A stretch of 61,999 nucleotides of DNA. Source: a virus (lineage: Duplodnaviria > Caudoviricetes). Shown here in pieces: positions 15,432 through 24,956 of the stretch. The stretch's first letter is position 1; every line of letters starts with the position of its first letter. The notes beneath the pieces are model-generated. The model saw only the letters and a program-made list of their open reading frames with translations, had not been told where the DNA came from and ran no database searches. The stretch lies in the IMG/VR virus record IMGVR_UViG_3300008448_000076, positions 1 through 61,999 of that record. One strand, written 5' to 3'. The position numbers and the translations under genes are program-made.

Positions 15432-18347
15432 TTATGGATAGGCAGGGCTTAAAGTTTCGGTAGATAGACGAGGCGTGTAAGCACGACGCGTCAGATCCAT
15501 TCCGGTAGTATACACCGGAGGAGCGGGTTGCTCCACCTTCGGCTCTTTTTTAGAACCTGATGGAGCGCGGTATCTGTCAGCGGCATCTCGGCCACCGCCG
15601 CCGGTAGACAAAACCGGCATATCTCCCTCAAGAACATTCAAAGCGGATGGCGCTGCAGTAGCGACAGGAAGATCCGCGGTACCTTCTATCGCATCGATCT
15701 GCTCCTCGGTGTGACCGAGTGCCCGGAGCACGTCTCTGTAACCGGTCAAAGGTTCTTGAGGAGCGTTGTAGTTCTCACCCAAAACTTCGCTGCGAAGTCC
15801 GTTGAACGTGTAGTCGAGAAGATTTGAAAGCTTGCCTTCTCGTACCGCGGCCTGAGTTGCTTCTGGGGAGGTTACGCCCTTTGTCTGCGCCACCTGTGTT
15901 ACGCCAGCAGGAAGACCCCAGAGAGCCGCCTGCTTTTCTGTGAGACCTGTTTCCCAGCTTCCGCCAAGAGGTCTGTTACCACCAATGCGACGATCCATAA
16001 CATCGAGCGCACCGTAGACACCTTTTGGACCAGAGAAGTAGCCGCCCCAGTAATACTTGTCCGTGATCTCCGGATAGATCTGCTTCTGTATCTCGCGACC
16101 AACCATGGCTGGCTGCTCGTAGTTCGAGAAGAACACGGGGTTCTGATAGTTCGGAAGACGCTGGCCATCTGCAGTCATGATCGCCACGTCGAGCGCACGG
16201 CCTGTGGAGTGAACGCCAGTGTCTGCCGGGCGAACACCGGAAGTGAACTCGTAGTATTGACCAGCAGGAAGCGAAACAGATTCCTTCCGAGCAATATCAA
16301 GCAGACGAGGATCTACACCACGAGTTACTGCGGCATTTTCACGGACCTTAAATGGCCCTGTCCTGCTTTCCAAAGTACGACGTTGGCGTTCCGTCTCATC
16401 CAGAATGTTGTAGATCTGATCGGTGGACATGTTTGCAAGCGCACCGCTGATCTGTGCCGGGGTAGAATTAGCACTGATACCGGCAGCTTCAATGAACGCA
16501 GGGAGACCTGTTGGAGCAGGTGGCTGATACTGTCCCTCATACTGCATGGCAGCAGGCGTTTCCGGAAACGCTTTTGGTGACCCGGTTGGAACCTGAGCGA
16601 AAGTCGGAAGATTAACAGCGGCAGGCTGCTCAGGAGCAGTAATGCCGCGAGTGGTTGGAGCAGGAGGCGCATAACCGTACCCGCCAGATAAAATTTCGCT
16701 GCGGAGACCGGAAGGTTGCGGGCCTTCAACAAGGCTTGCCGATTTAGTTAAGTTTTCAAACTCTGCATCAAGAGATCGCGCAACATTCTGCGCAGCTTCA
16801 CTGCGGAAGCCCGGAGGACCAGCAACTTCGACTGGGGCTGGGGCTTCGGCTCCACGCTCAGGAGGCAGAGGGACAGGGCGCACATCAACAAACTGACGTG
16901 GGTCCAGTGTCATTTGGCCTGTAGAACCTTCCGGCATCTTTGATTGCGGGACGATGTATTGTCTGGCCGAAAGTTCAGCAACCTTTGCCATTTGTTCACC
17001 AGACGGCATACCGCCTTCTGTTGTCACAATGGACCCGTCTTCCGCAACCCTTAACCCGGCTAAGGGGAGATTTTTCATTATGCTCTGTGCAACCTGAGCA
17101 TCCGTTTGGTAATAATTTGTCGCTGGATTATCCGGTGTAAAGTACGCGGGATCGTTCGCGTATTTTGCAGGATTAACGTTAAATGTCGCCCCAAAAACTT
17201 TTGCGGGGACAGTAATGTCATTAAGAGCCTGACGGTACTGTTGGATAGCGGTCTGCATATCAAACGTACCGATGCGGCCCGGCGGCAAACCTTCCAGACT
17301 TAAGGCCGGAGCAGGAGCATTCATGGCTTCTTGCGCCGCTTCACTACGGAAGCCCGGGACATTAAACGAGGTTGTCGGCTGGATAGTAAGACCTATCGGC
17401 GTTACGACCTGATTACCAGTCTGTTCGACGGAAACAGGCGTACCATATTGGTCCTGAAACCGCTCGCGCTGCATTTCATTAAACATCTGCACTTCAGCAG
17501 GAGATACCATGCGGCCAGAGCCGCCCGGGTCAAGATACGCTGGTGTTGCAGGGGCAGTAGGGGTGAAATCATAGCCGCCTGTAGCAGCCTCACTGCGGAA
17601 ACCCGGTGTGCTCGGAGCCACTTGTTGTGGGGCAGAAAGCATGTCCCGAAGGGATACAATGCCGCGTCCTGCGAGATCGCCAAGTTGAGCAGCAGACGGA
17701 AGTTCCGGGGCAGATGGAATCATGCTTCCAAAATACTGCGATGGGTTCGCCATCATCTGGCGATACTGGCCGGTGCTGTAGTCACTGAAATCCAACAGAC
17801 CTTGGCCCGCAGATTGCGCAACATTCGACACAGACTGCATCGTGTTCGCAACAATCGTCGGAACACCGAGGCTTTGCATAAAGTTTGAAGAGTTGCCGCC
17901 ACCCATAGGCGCAAAACTGCCGCCACCAGAGCTGATCATAGTCGGTGTGCCTGCAGTAAGCATGCCACCGCCGCCACCACCTGTGTAAGATGGGCTCTGA
18001 TTGCTGCTGGATGAGTCTCGGCCACCACCGCTGGTATAGTAGCTCCCGCCCCCACCGCCACCAACAGAAGGGTTTGTAGCACCACTGCTACTTACTCCAC
18101 CGGGAGACGAGGACCCGCCGCCAAAGCCGCTTAGGCCCGGGCTAACGCTGTTGGAGGGTGCATCATACGCGCCCATGCCGGGGTTATCGAACTCAAGAAG
18201 TCCTGTTGCCGGGTTCACCGTCCCGCTGCCGCCCATGCGTTTAAGCATAGCTGCTTCTTCAGGCATGATGTGGGCGAGGATCTTATCTCCCCCACGCCCT
18301 TGGGCCTGAAGTTGCTGGGCAATAGCGCGGATGCCGGTGTTTTTCAT
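15432..18347 (-). CDS. 971-aa putative internal virion protein with an M15-like peptidase domain
   Basis: Follows the portal gene; N-terminal GRGGD..LAH domain; HSTGRALD (HxxxxxxD) motif; five G[FL]RSE repeats. Confidence 0.65.
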   Translation of the reverse strand: MKNTGIRAIAQQLQAQGRGGDKILAHIMPEEAAMLKRMGGSGTVNPATGLLEFDNPGMGAYDAPSNSVSPGLSGFGGGSSSPGGVSSSGATNPSVGGGGGGSYYTSGGGRDSSSSNQSPSYTGGGGGGMLTAGTPTMISSGGGSFAPMGGGNSSNFMQSLGVPTIVANTMQSVSNVAQSAGQGLLDFSDYSTGQYRQMMANPSQYFGSMIPSAPELPSAAQLGDLAGRGIVSLRDMLSAPQQVAPSTPGFRSEAATGGYDFTPTAPATPAYLDPGGSGRMVSPAEVQMFNEMQRERFQDQYGTPVSVEQTGNQVVTPIGLTIQPTTSFNVPGFRSEAAQEAMNAPAPALSLEGLPPGRIGTFDMQTAIQQYRQALNDITVPAKVFGATFNVNPAKYANDPAYFTPDNPATNYYQTDAQVAQSIMKNLPLAGLRVAEDGSIVTTEGGMPSGEQMAKVAELSARQYIVPQSKMPEGSTGQMTLDPRQFVDVRPVPLPPERGAEAPAPVEVAGPPGFRSEAAQNVARSLDAEFENLTKSASLVEGPQPSGLRSEILSGGYGYAPPAPTTRGITAPEQPAAVNLPTFAQVPTGSPKAFPETPAAMQYEGQYQPPAPTGLPAFIEAAGISANSTPAQISGALANMSTDQIYNILDETERQRRTLESRTGPFKVRENAAVTRGVDPRLLDIARKESVSLPAGQYYEFTSGVRPADTGVHSTGRALDVAIMTADGQRLPNYQNPVFFSNYEQPAMVGREIQKQIYPEITDKYYWGGYFSGPKGVYGALDVMDRRIGGNRPLGGSWETGLTEKQAALWGLPAGVTQVAQTKGVTSPEATQAAVREGKLSNLLDYTFNGLRSEVLGENYNAPQEPLTGYRDVLRALGHTEEQIDAIEGTADLPVATAAPSALNVLEGDMPVLSTGGGGRDAADRYRAPSGSKKEPKVEQPAPPVYTTGMDLTRRAYTPRLSTETLSPAYP

Positions 18348-20698
18348 TACTGCCTCTTTGTGGCTGCAACACGAGCCAATGCAACATTGGCACGAAGCTG
18401 GGCGATGTCCTCAAGCGACTGGGTCTTCTCACGATCCATCGCAATCTTCTGACGAGCCTTCTCGGCATCAAACTGCAGACGTTGCGCATCATTTTGCGAC
18501 TTCATCTGGAGTTCTTGTGCCTTCAACTGGAGGTTCTGCTGTTGGAGTTGGACCAACGGATCACCTTGTTGCGGCGGAGCAAGGCGCTGCATCAACTGCT
18601 GCATCATTGCTGCTTCAGCCTTTGCGACTTCAACCTGCATCTGATCCGCACTCAACGGTATCATGATACCGGCTTGCTGCATTTGCAGGACGACTTGCTG
18701 CTGTGCTGCAAGAGACATGTGCTCAAGGACGTGCGACATCAGAACGCCGTAAACAGGTGGCGACATCTGGACCAACGGCAACTGCATAAACATCAGATGC
18801 GTTTCCATATGCGCCAGATGATCCTGTTCAGGGAAAACCTTCAACGGTTGTCCACCGGACGGGATCACCATCGACCGCGCATTCTCCAGAGCAGGGCTTT
18901 CCGGCTGAGGCTGAGGAGGGGGCGGAAGAATAAGGTCAACATCCGTGACACCAAGCGCATTATACATGCGCCGATAGGCCTCATAGAGGTTGTGCATCTG
19001 CGGCGCTTGCTGTGCCAGTTGCAATTGCTGCTGGGCAAGCGTCACACGCTGCGTCATCGAGAAGATGTTCGGGTCGCTGACCGGAACGATGTCAATTCTG
19101 TCATCAAAATCCGCAGATTTGATGACACTCTCGCCACCAGACACCTCATACGGGTACTCAGGCGGCAGATATTCTGCAATAACCTTCGCAATAAGCTTGA
19201 GTTCCTGCATTTGTGCGTAGTGCAGGCGCTTGTGGACCGCCGACATGATGCGGCTGCCACGTTCAAGCATAGCCATTGCGGTGCCGACCGGCATTTCTTG
19301 GTTGGAATCACCCATTCCAAGGTCAGTCGTACCAATAAACTTCTGCGTAGCGTCGATACAGAAGCCCAAAAGCTGGAAAAGAGTACCTGACGGCTCCTTA
19401 TACGGCAGCGGAAGCAGACTCTGGGCCAAATCACCACCCGGAGCATCGACATCTCGCCACTCGCCCGGCTGAATAGGACTTTGGTCCTCTACTCGCAGGC
19501 CCTTTGCCTTGAAGCCAGCTGGCAAATTCGACAAAGTACCGGCATCAATCAGCTGACGGAGGATAGAAGTAGCCGAACGGGACAGGTTTCCAAGCAAATG
19601 GACGAGGCCGAAGCCATAAAAGCCCATGCCCGGCAGGAATTTGTAGTGAACGAAGTACTGTTTCTTCCGCTTCTGGGGGTCTGTTGGGTTCCAATTGCGG
19701 CGGATCGACAGAACTTTGTTCGATTTTGTCTCAAAAGTGACGATATACGGCAGCATAAGCCCCGTTTCCTCGTCATTTTCGTCCTTGTCCTCAAAGCCTT
19801 CGAGATCCAAGAAGCAATGGCACTCGTAAATCGTGTAGTCGTCCGGCTCTGCAGAGGGTTCTACCCCCTGAATTTTGTCCATCTTCTGCTGAATTGTGTC
19901 GGTATCAGAATAGGACGGCTTTCCTATATCGATATCGCGATAAAAACCGCTGAACTGGAGACGCTTCAACTCTGCCGGGCTATAATGCAGGACGTGTGTA
20001 ACACGCTCTGTGGTCATCAGATCACGGGCAGAGTACGGGACGATCAAGTCTTTGGGCAGAATATAGGGTGACGTTGCCCGGCCAAGGTAGCCGTCATACG
20101 AAACCTTCTTGAATGCCGAGCCGCCGTAGCCGACGAAGTACAGCATCTGATCGAAATCAGGGTCATACTCTTCCATGACCTGAGTGATCTGGTAATTCAT
20201 GAACGTCTTGACGCGTTCGGCCTGCGCTTCCTTCTCAGGGGTCACCTTGCCAAGGATCTGGGTACGAACAGGGCCGCCCGGCGGCAGCAGTTCCTTGTAG
20301 GACTGCGCCTGAAACTGGTTCACAGCCTCGTTCAGGATAGGATGTGTAACGCCCGTTGCGCCATCGAACGGCTCAGTGCGGTCATCATAGGTCAGACCGA
20401 GGAGATCCATCCCCTGCTCATAGACCTTTTCCCACTCTGCCCGGCTTGTCAGGTCATCTTCGATGAAGCCCTGAAGGTCCTTTGCCAGTTTGCCCAGCTT
20501 CCCGTCGTCAATGTACTCAGCAAGGTTGGCTTCAAAAGGAATGTTTGCCATCTCAAGGGCATCTTCCTCTTCCTCCGAAAGTTCGTAGGCTTCCTCTTCG
20601 GATTCCATGGACGCTTCTTCGTCCGTCAACTCATCCATATTTTCTTCTGGATCCGCATAAATCGGAGAGACGACGTTGTTAATCGGAGTTCTAGCCAT
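18347..20698 (-). CDS. Portal protein (P22-like)
   Basis: 783 aa directly after TerL; HPIL.EA..QFQA, GFYGFGL, PLPYKEPS; Gln-rich coiled-coil tail. Confidence 0.85.
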   Translation of the reverse strand: MARTPINNVVSPIYADPEENMDELTDEEASMESEEEAYELSEEEEDALEMANIPFEANLAEYIDDGKLGKLAKDLQGFIEDDLTSRAEWEKVYEQGMDLLGLTYDDRTEPFDGATGVTHPILNEAVNQFQAQSYKELLPPGGPVRTQILGKVTPEKEAQAERVKTFMNYQITQVMEEYDPDFDQMLYFVGYGGSAFKKVSYDGYLGRATSPYILPKDLIVPYSARDLMTTERVTHVLHYSPAELKRLQFSGFYRDIDIGKPSYSDTDTIQQKMDKIQGVEPSAEPDDYTIYECHCFLDLEGFEDKDENDEETGLMLPYIVTFETKSNKVLSIRRNWNPTDPQKRKKQYFVHYKFLPGMGFYGFGLVHLLGNLSRSATSILRQLIDAGTLSNLPAGFKAKGLRVEDQSPIQPGEWRDVDAPGGDLAQSLLPLPYKEPSGTLFQLLGFCIDATQKFIGTTDLGMGDSNQEMPVGTAMAMLERGSRIMSAVHKRLHYAQMQELKLIAKVIAEYLPPEYPYEVSGGESVIKSADFDDRIDIVPVSDPNIFSMTQRVTLAQQQLQLAQQAPQMHNLYEAYRRMYNALGVTDVDLILPPPPQPQPESPALENARSMVIPSGGQPLKVFPEQDHLAHMETHLMFMQLPLVQMSPPVYGVLMSHVLEHMSLAAQQQVVLQMQQAGIMIPLSADQMQVEVAKAEAAMMQQLMQRLAPPQQGDPLVQLQQQNLQLKAQELQMKSQNDAQRLQFDAEKARQKIAMDREKTQSLEDIAQLRANVALARVAATKRQ

Positions 20699-22182
20699 CA
20701 GTAATAAACCCTTCTTCCGACCTTCTCGACGCGCTCGACTTCAAAGTCATCCGGATGCGTCAAGAACCCGCCCTGCCTGAAACGCATAAGTGCCTGTGTC
20801 GCGGCGTCACAATGGTCATCATGCTCCGCATAAGGGAAAGATGCCATCTCTTCAATGACCTCTTCCGCCCAACTCGTTTCAGGATACCACACAAGACCCG
20901 CTTCAAACAATGGGGCAACGGAGTTCATGCGGCTAAACTTGTCGTTCCCGCGGCTCGGGGTAAAGTTCACGACCGGGATGCCCGTTGACCGGAGTTCCTG
21001 AGACAGTGGCAGACCGGCAGCCTTCGCTTCGATCAGGACCGTTTCCGGATCCCAGTATTTGTACTCTTCATATGCAATGCGCTTCAGGTCCGGGAACTCC
21101 CATCGCCCCTTCTTGGCATCCAGCAAAATCACATTCGGGGGACTGTCCTCTGTGGGATAGAACACGCCCCATGTGTGGATCGCACTGAAGTCGGCCCGGT
21201 TGCTTTTCAAGAAAGCCGTATCGTAGCTTTGCATGACATAGTGCAGACGAGGGACATCCGTTTTGTCCCACTTCTTCCACCAGTCACGTTTAATAATCGA
21301 CGCCGAGTCCGATGTCGGCGTTTGCATGTATTGGGCGTTCCACTTCGAGAGCGGAATCGAAGCCCTGACTTTTTCCAGTTCCTCAAGCTTCCAGTACTCA
21401 GGCCACAGCGGCTTGCCGCTCGGCAGGATGGCCGGGAACTCAATGATCTCCCACTGGTCAGCCTTCGGATCCTGAGCAGATTGTTTCAGCAGACGGGCGG
21501 TCAAATCATTGTCGCCCCATCGCGTCATAACAAGGATAATAGCACCACCGGGCTGAAGACGCTGACGAGGACCAGCAGTATACCAATCCCAAGCGTTTTC
21601 AAGCGCAGTGGGGGACTGGGCGTCTTGTTCGGAGTGGGGGTCATCGACAATAAAGAGATCAGCACCGCGACCAGCAATGTTGCCTCCGACACCTGAAGCG
21701 TAATATTCACCACCGCCATCCGTTTCCCAGCGATACGCTGCTTTACTGTCTGAACGAAGCTTGACCCCGAAAACCTCCTGGTAGTCTTCCTGCTCCATAA
21801 GGTTCTTCACCTTACGACCGAAACGCACGGACAGATCAGCGGTGTGGGTTGCCTGCATGATCTTCAACTCAGGCCTGCGCCCGATCATCCACGCCGGAAA
21901 CAGGAAACTTGCGAACTCTGACTTCGTATGACGAGGAGGGAGGTTAATGATCACGCGCTTCAACTCACCGCGGGCAATCGCCTCAAACTTCTCGGCGATC
22001 ATCTTGTGATGTGCGCCAGCAATAAAGTTCGGCCACACAAACTTCACGAAATCCAAGAAGCTGTCGCGAGCCTTCTCTTCCTTCGTCTTGACGACAGCGT
22101 AGTCCAAAAGATTCGCAAATTTCTTCAAGACCTCTTCAGGCACAGAAGAAAGGTCAGAGGTCAAAGGAGAGATGTCAGTCAT
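20698..22182 (-). CDS. terL: Terminase large subunit
   Basis: INLPPRHTKS (Walker A variant), IVDDP (Walker B), MTRW, QSYDTA, HDDHCDA nuclease motif. Confidence 0.95.
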   Translation of the reverse strand: MTDISPLTSDLSSVPEEVLKKFANLLDYAVVKTKEEKARDSFLDFVKFVWPNFIAGAHHKMIAEKFEAIARGELKRVIINLPPRHTKSEFASFLFPAWMIGRRPELKIMQATHTADLSVRFGRKVKNLMEQEDYQEVFGVKLRSDSKAAYRWETDGGGEYYASGVGGNIAGRGADLFIVDDPHSEQDAQSPTALENAWDWYTAGPRQRLQPGGAIILVMTRWGDNDLTARLLKQSAQDPKADQWEIIEFPAILPSGKPLWPEYWKLEELEKVRASIPLSKWNAQYMQTPTSDSASIIKRDWWKKWDKTDVPRLHYVMQSYDTAFLKSNRADFSAIHTWGVFYPTEDSPPNVILLDAKKGRWEFPDLKRIAYEEYKYWDPETVLIEAKAAGLPLSQELRSTGIPVVNFTPSRGNDKFSRMNSVAPLFEAGLVWYPETSWAEEVIEEMASFPYAEHDDHCDAATQALMRFRQGGFLTHPDDFEVERVEKVGRRVYY

Positions 22183-22910
22183 TAACGAGGACCCATCGGA
22201 CGACCACGGCGCTTTAACTCTTCAGCTGCCATTCTCTCAAGCTCATTCAGGAAATCCATATTTTCCATGAGATAGACCGTACCCTGATTGATCTGTGTCG
22301 GGTCACCTTTCAGCTCACCCTCACTCTCAATGTCGCCGTAATACTTCTGCATTAAAGCGCGAACTGCAATCTCATTCTCGGAGTAATTCTTTCTTGCGTT
22401 AATGCGCTCAAGCTTCTTTGCTTTCTCGGGGTCGTAGTCAGAATATATCAGCTCATCAATGCCACGGTGAATCCCTTCATGGGTGGGCGTCGAGCCAGAG
22501 TTACGCGGGTCACGCTTGCTGTAAGTATAGTCCCCAAGGTAGAACCCGGCTGTGTTAACCAGAGGAGGGGTTTTACCAACGTCTTCCGAAAGAACCGTCT
22601 TGCTGGGCTCAAAGCCAAGGGCTGCAATACCGCTGCGTCGGGACGCAATGTAGTTCCGCATCAGATATTCGCGGCGCTGTTCATCCATAGGTTTCCTACG
22701 GATCTCTGCTTCCAGCAAAGCCTTTATCCGACGTTTCTCGTCATCCGTCTGGGCAACGTCAAACGCCAACTCTTTCGCCGACATTTGAAGCATCGATGCT
22801 GTGGGGCTATCCGCTCCTCGACGAAGTTCTCCTGCGGCATCCATTCCATAAGTCGCGTCATACTTGTCCCAAAGAGCGACATCTTCTTTTGTCGGGAAAT
22901 CACTTGCCAT
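22182..22910 (-). CDS. Putative zincin (HExxH) protein
   Basis: THEGIHRG with downstream NE; TAATG-coupled to terL; start could be 22922. Confidence 0.55.
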   Translation of the reverse strand: MASDFPTKEDVALWDKYDATYGMDAAGELRRGADSPTASMLQMSAKELAFDVAQTDDEKRRIKALLEAEIRRKPMDEQRREYLMRNYIASRRSGIAALGFEPSKTVLSEDVGKTPPLVNTAGFYLGDYTYSKRDPRNSGSTPTHEGIHRGIDELIYSDYDPEKAKKLERINARKNYSENEIAVRALMQKYYGDIESEGELKGDPTQINQGTVYLMENMDFLNELERMAAEELKRRGRPMGPR

Positions 22911-22964
22911 AGGTGTGTCCAAGGTCAGAGGGCAAAGGATAGTGGTTGATTATCAGCATAACAT

Positions 22965-23468
22965 ATGGATAAGTTTCAAGCCATGCGTATTGATCTTTAC
23001 GACATTGCACGGTTCTTTTCCAGAGTGGAAGTGAAAAAGCAGCCGAACTGCTGGGTGTACAAAGGTTCCGTCAAGTACGACGGATACCCGTCCTTCAGTC
23101 TCAACGGGGGAAGTATCGGCGGTCATCGGTTCTGTTACATGGTGTTCCATGGACCAATTCCAGAGGATATGGTCGTTCGACATCGGTGCGACAATCCGCG
23201 GTGCGTTAACCCCTATCATCTGGAGACTGGCACCCAACAAGATAACATGATGGACAAATTTGTCCGGGGACGTACCGCAAAAGGTACACGGAACGGGAAT
23301 GCAAAGCTGACTGAGGCTGACGTTAGAAAGATAGTCGAGGACAAGCGATACTACTGGGAGATCGCCAAGGACTACGGTGTCTGCCCAGACTCAGTCAAGA
23401 ACATAAAGTCCGGGAAGAACTGGTCACATGTAACCGGGATCAAGCCGAAGAAGATTCGCAAAAAATAA
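22965..23468 (+). CDS. HNH endonuclease with C-terminal HTH (homing-type)
   Basis: CW...GY...HR...VRHRCDNPRCVNPYHL..GT..DN..D; AKLTE HTH. Confidence 0.9.
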   Translation: MDKFQAMRIDLYDIARFFSRVEVKKQPNCWVYKGSVKYDGYPSFSLNGGSIGGHRFCYMVFHGPIPEDMVVRHRCDNPRCVNPYHLETGTQQDNMMDKFVRGRTAKGTRNGNAKLTEADVRKIVEDKRYYWEIAKDYGVCPDSVKNIKSGKNWSHVTGIKPKKIRKK

Positions 23469-23842
23469 TATACCCCCGGGGGTGGGGGACCCTTGTCGGC
23501 TTCACCGTTTTAGGGGGTCGGCATAATTTTGGTTTTTGCTCATAATCCGTGAAAAATCGGGTATACAGTGGGCGACGTATCAATGGGGGGTCGATTAGGG
23601 GGGTCGTGGTCTGTTCGGCTGCCGAAACCGAAACCGAGAGCGGGGATAGGGACCCGTGGCAGTGGGCAGGGCGCGACGCGGCAGGGACCGAAGGCAGTGG
23701 GCAGTGCACAGCGTATGATGCGCAGGGAGCATTGCGTTATGCGCACAGCAGACATGCGCAATATAAGTTGATTTATTTTTGACAATATGATTACATGATC
23801 ATGCCGAGACCAAATCAGTCCGGCTGATAGGGAGCAATAACA

Positions 23843-24181
23843 ATGTCTGATTTTGAATTCGAAGAAGAGACTGAAGTTGATGAACGCCCATACATCGGGC
23901 CATGGGTTGTGTGCATGTTCTTAGTTGACATGGCCTATGGTGGCGGAGAGGAGGGCGGGTGGTGGTACACGTACGGGGATCCCGTGCTTACATCGCATAT
24001 GCGAGTATTCACTGATCACGCCGAGGCCATGGCCTATGTTCAAGGCCTTGACGCTGAACTTGACCGGATGAACGAAAAACGTCCAAAGATTACCAGTACC
24101 AAATCCATTGGTCGGTTTGAGGCTCGGATCTGCGAGGGGTGGCCCAAAGCTTTCCCTAGCCGGATCCCGCGTTACTCTTAA
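23843..24181 (+). CDS. Early hypothetical protein (AYGGGEEGGWWY)
   Basis: GGGAG RBS. Confidence 0.8.
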   Translation: MSDFEFEEETEVDERPYIGPWVVCMFLVDMAYGGGEEGGWWYTYGDPVLTSHMRVFTDHAEAMAYVQGLDAELDRMNEKRPKITSTKSIGRFEARICEGWPKAFPSRIPRYS

Positions 24182-24192
24182 AGTTTAGAATA

Positions 24193-24217
24193 CAGGCGCG
24201 GCATGGTGTCGCGCCTG
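24193..24217 (+). repeat. Intergenic hairpin CAGGCGCGGCA-TGG-TGTCGCGCCTG
   Basis: Same core as the hairpins at 24455 and 24743, with compensatory changes in the outer pairs. Confidence 0.75.
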
Positions 24218-24242
24218 CCCATTGTCCAGAGGAGAAAGAGCA

Positions 24243-24440
24243 ATGGACACTTTCACAGCATGCATGATCGTCGAAGGCGTAGAAGAAGCAGAAGAGTATG
24301 AGATCATTAACGCGTGGCAATATCTGATCGACACTGGCGTCGTTTGGACTTTGCAGGGGTTCTATGGTCGCATGGCTCGGGATCTGATCGAGCGTGGGAT
24401 CTGCTACCTTAACAATGCAGAAGAAGAAGCTTTTGCTTAA
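24243..24440 (+). CDS. Early hypothetical protein (AWQYLIDTG..W.LQG.YGR)
   Basis: GAGGAG RBS; ATG at 24243. Confidence 0.8.
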   Translation: MDTFTACMIVEGVEEAEEYEIINAWQYLIDTGVVWTLQGFYGRMARDLIERGICYLNNAEEEAFA

Positions 24441-24441
24441 C

Positions 24442-24479
24442 AATTGCCACTTATCCGGCGCGGCATAGTGTCGCGTCGG
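24442..24479 (+). repeat. 23-bp repeat copy 1 (AATTGCCACTTATCCGGCGCGGC) plus hairpin
   Basis: Exact copies start at 24442, 24730 and 24957. Confidence 0.9.
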
Positions 24480-24500
24480 TTTATCACAGGGAGAAATAAG

Positions 24501-24728
24501 ATGCGTCCTATCTATGAAATAGCACATGAGATTAGCAGGGACTGGAAAAAGCCCTACTTCGGCGCAGTGCCATATCTTGACGCAATGCGTTCATTAAACA
24601 GCGTGACCGATAGCTTCTATCAGGACAGCGCAAAGTCAGTTGTGCTTTACTTTCTGTCCAATGCGAACACATGGCGCGGCGAGACTGCTAAACGCGTGAA
24701 GGCCGAACTCAAGGCAATGGTGAAATAA
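24501..24728 (+). CDS. Early hypothetical protein (MRPIYEIA...YFGAVPYL...WRGE)
   Basis: GGGAG RBS; ATG at 24501. Confidence 0.8.
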   Translation: MRPIYEIAHEISRDWKKPYFGAVPYLDAMRSLNSVTDSFYQDSAKSVVLYFLSNANTWRGETAKRVKAELKAMVK

Positions 24729-24729
24729 T

Positions 24730-24769
24730 AATTGCCACTTATCCGGCGCGGCACAATGTCGCGTCGGAT
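24730..24769 (+). repeat. 23-bp repeat copy 2 plus hairpin
   Basis: Exact repeat; ATCCGGCGCGGCA-CAA-TGTCGCGTCGGAT. Confidence 0.9.
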
Positions 24770-24790
24770 TTGTTTTTAGGGAGAAAGAAC

Positions 24791-24955
24791 ATGGCGTGGG
24801 TTATCGTGAATACAGAAGAACCTGACTTATGCTGGTCTAATACCGATGGATGGGTCGAAGATAACTATGACACATTCAGTGACGAAGAACGCGAGATACT
24901 GCACTTGCCAATAGGCGGTGCATGGGAGCGCGTTCCTTGGCAAAAGAAAGATTAA
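24791..24955 (+). CDS. Early microprotein (LCWSNTDGW...LHLPIGG.W)
   Basis: GGGAG RBS; ATG at 24791. Confidence 0.75.
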   Translation: MAWVIVNTEEPDLCWSNTDGWVEDNYDTFSDEEREILHLPIGGAWERVPWQKKD

Positions 24956-24956
24956 T

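Noticed and set aside
10481-21696. Long plus-strand ORFs opposite the capsid, portal and terminase genes (e.g. 10481..11314, 18482..19390)
   Set aside because: No motifs or RBS; expected antisense ORFs given the codon bias
20698-22182. Intein or intron in TerL (also checked in PolA and the helicases)
   Set aside because: Normal lengths, contiguous motifs, no splice-junction signatures; the HNH gene is free-standing
23768-23807. Sigma70 promoter at TTGACA 23779-23784
   Set aside because: No acceptable -10 box at 16-18 nt; a promoter is likely nearby but I could not place it
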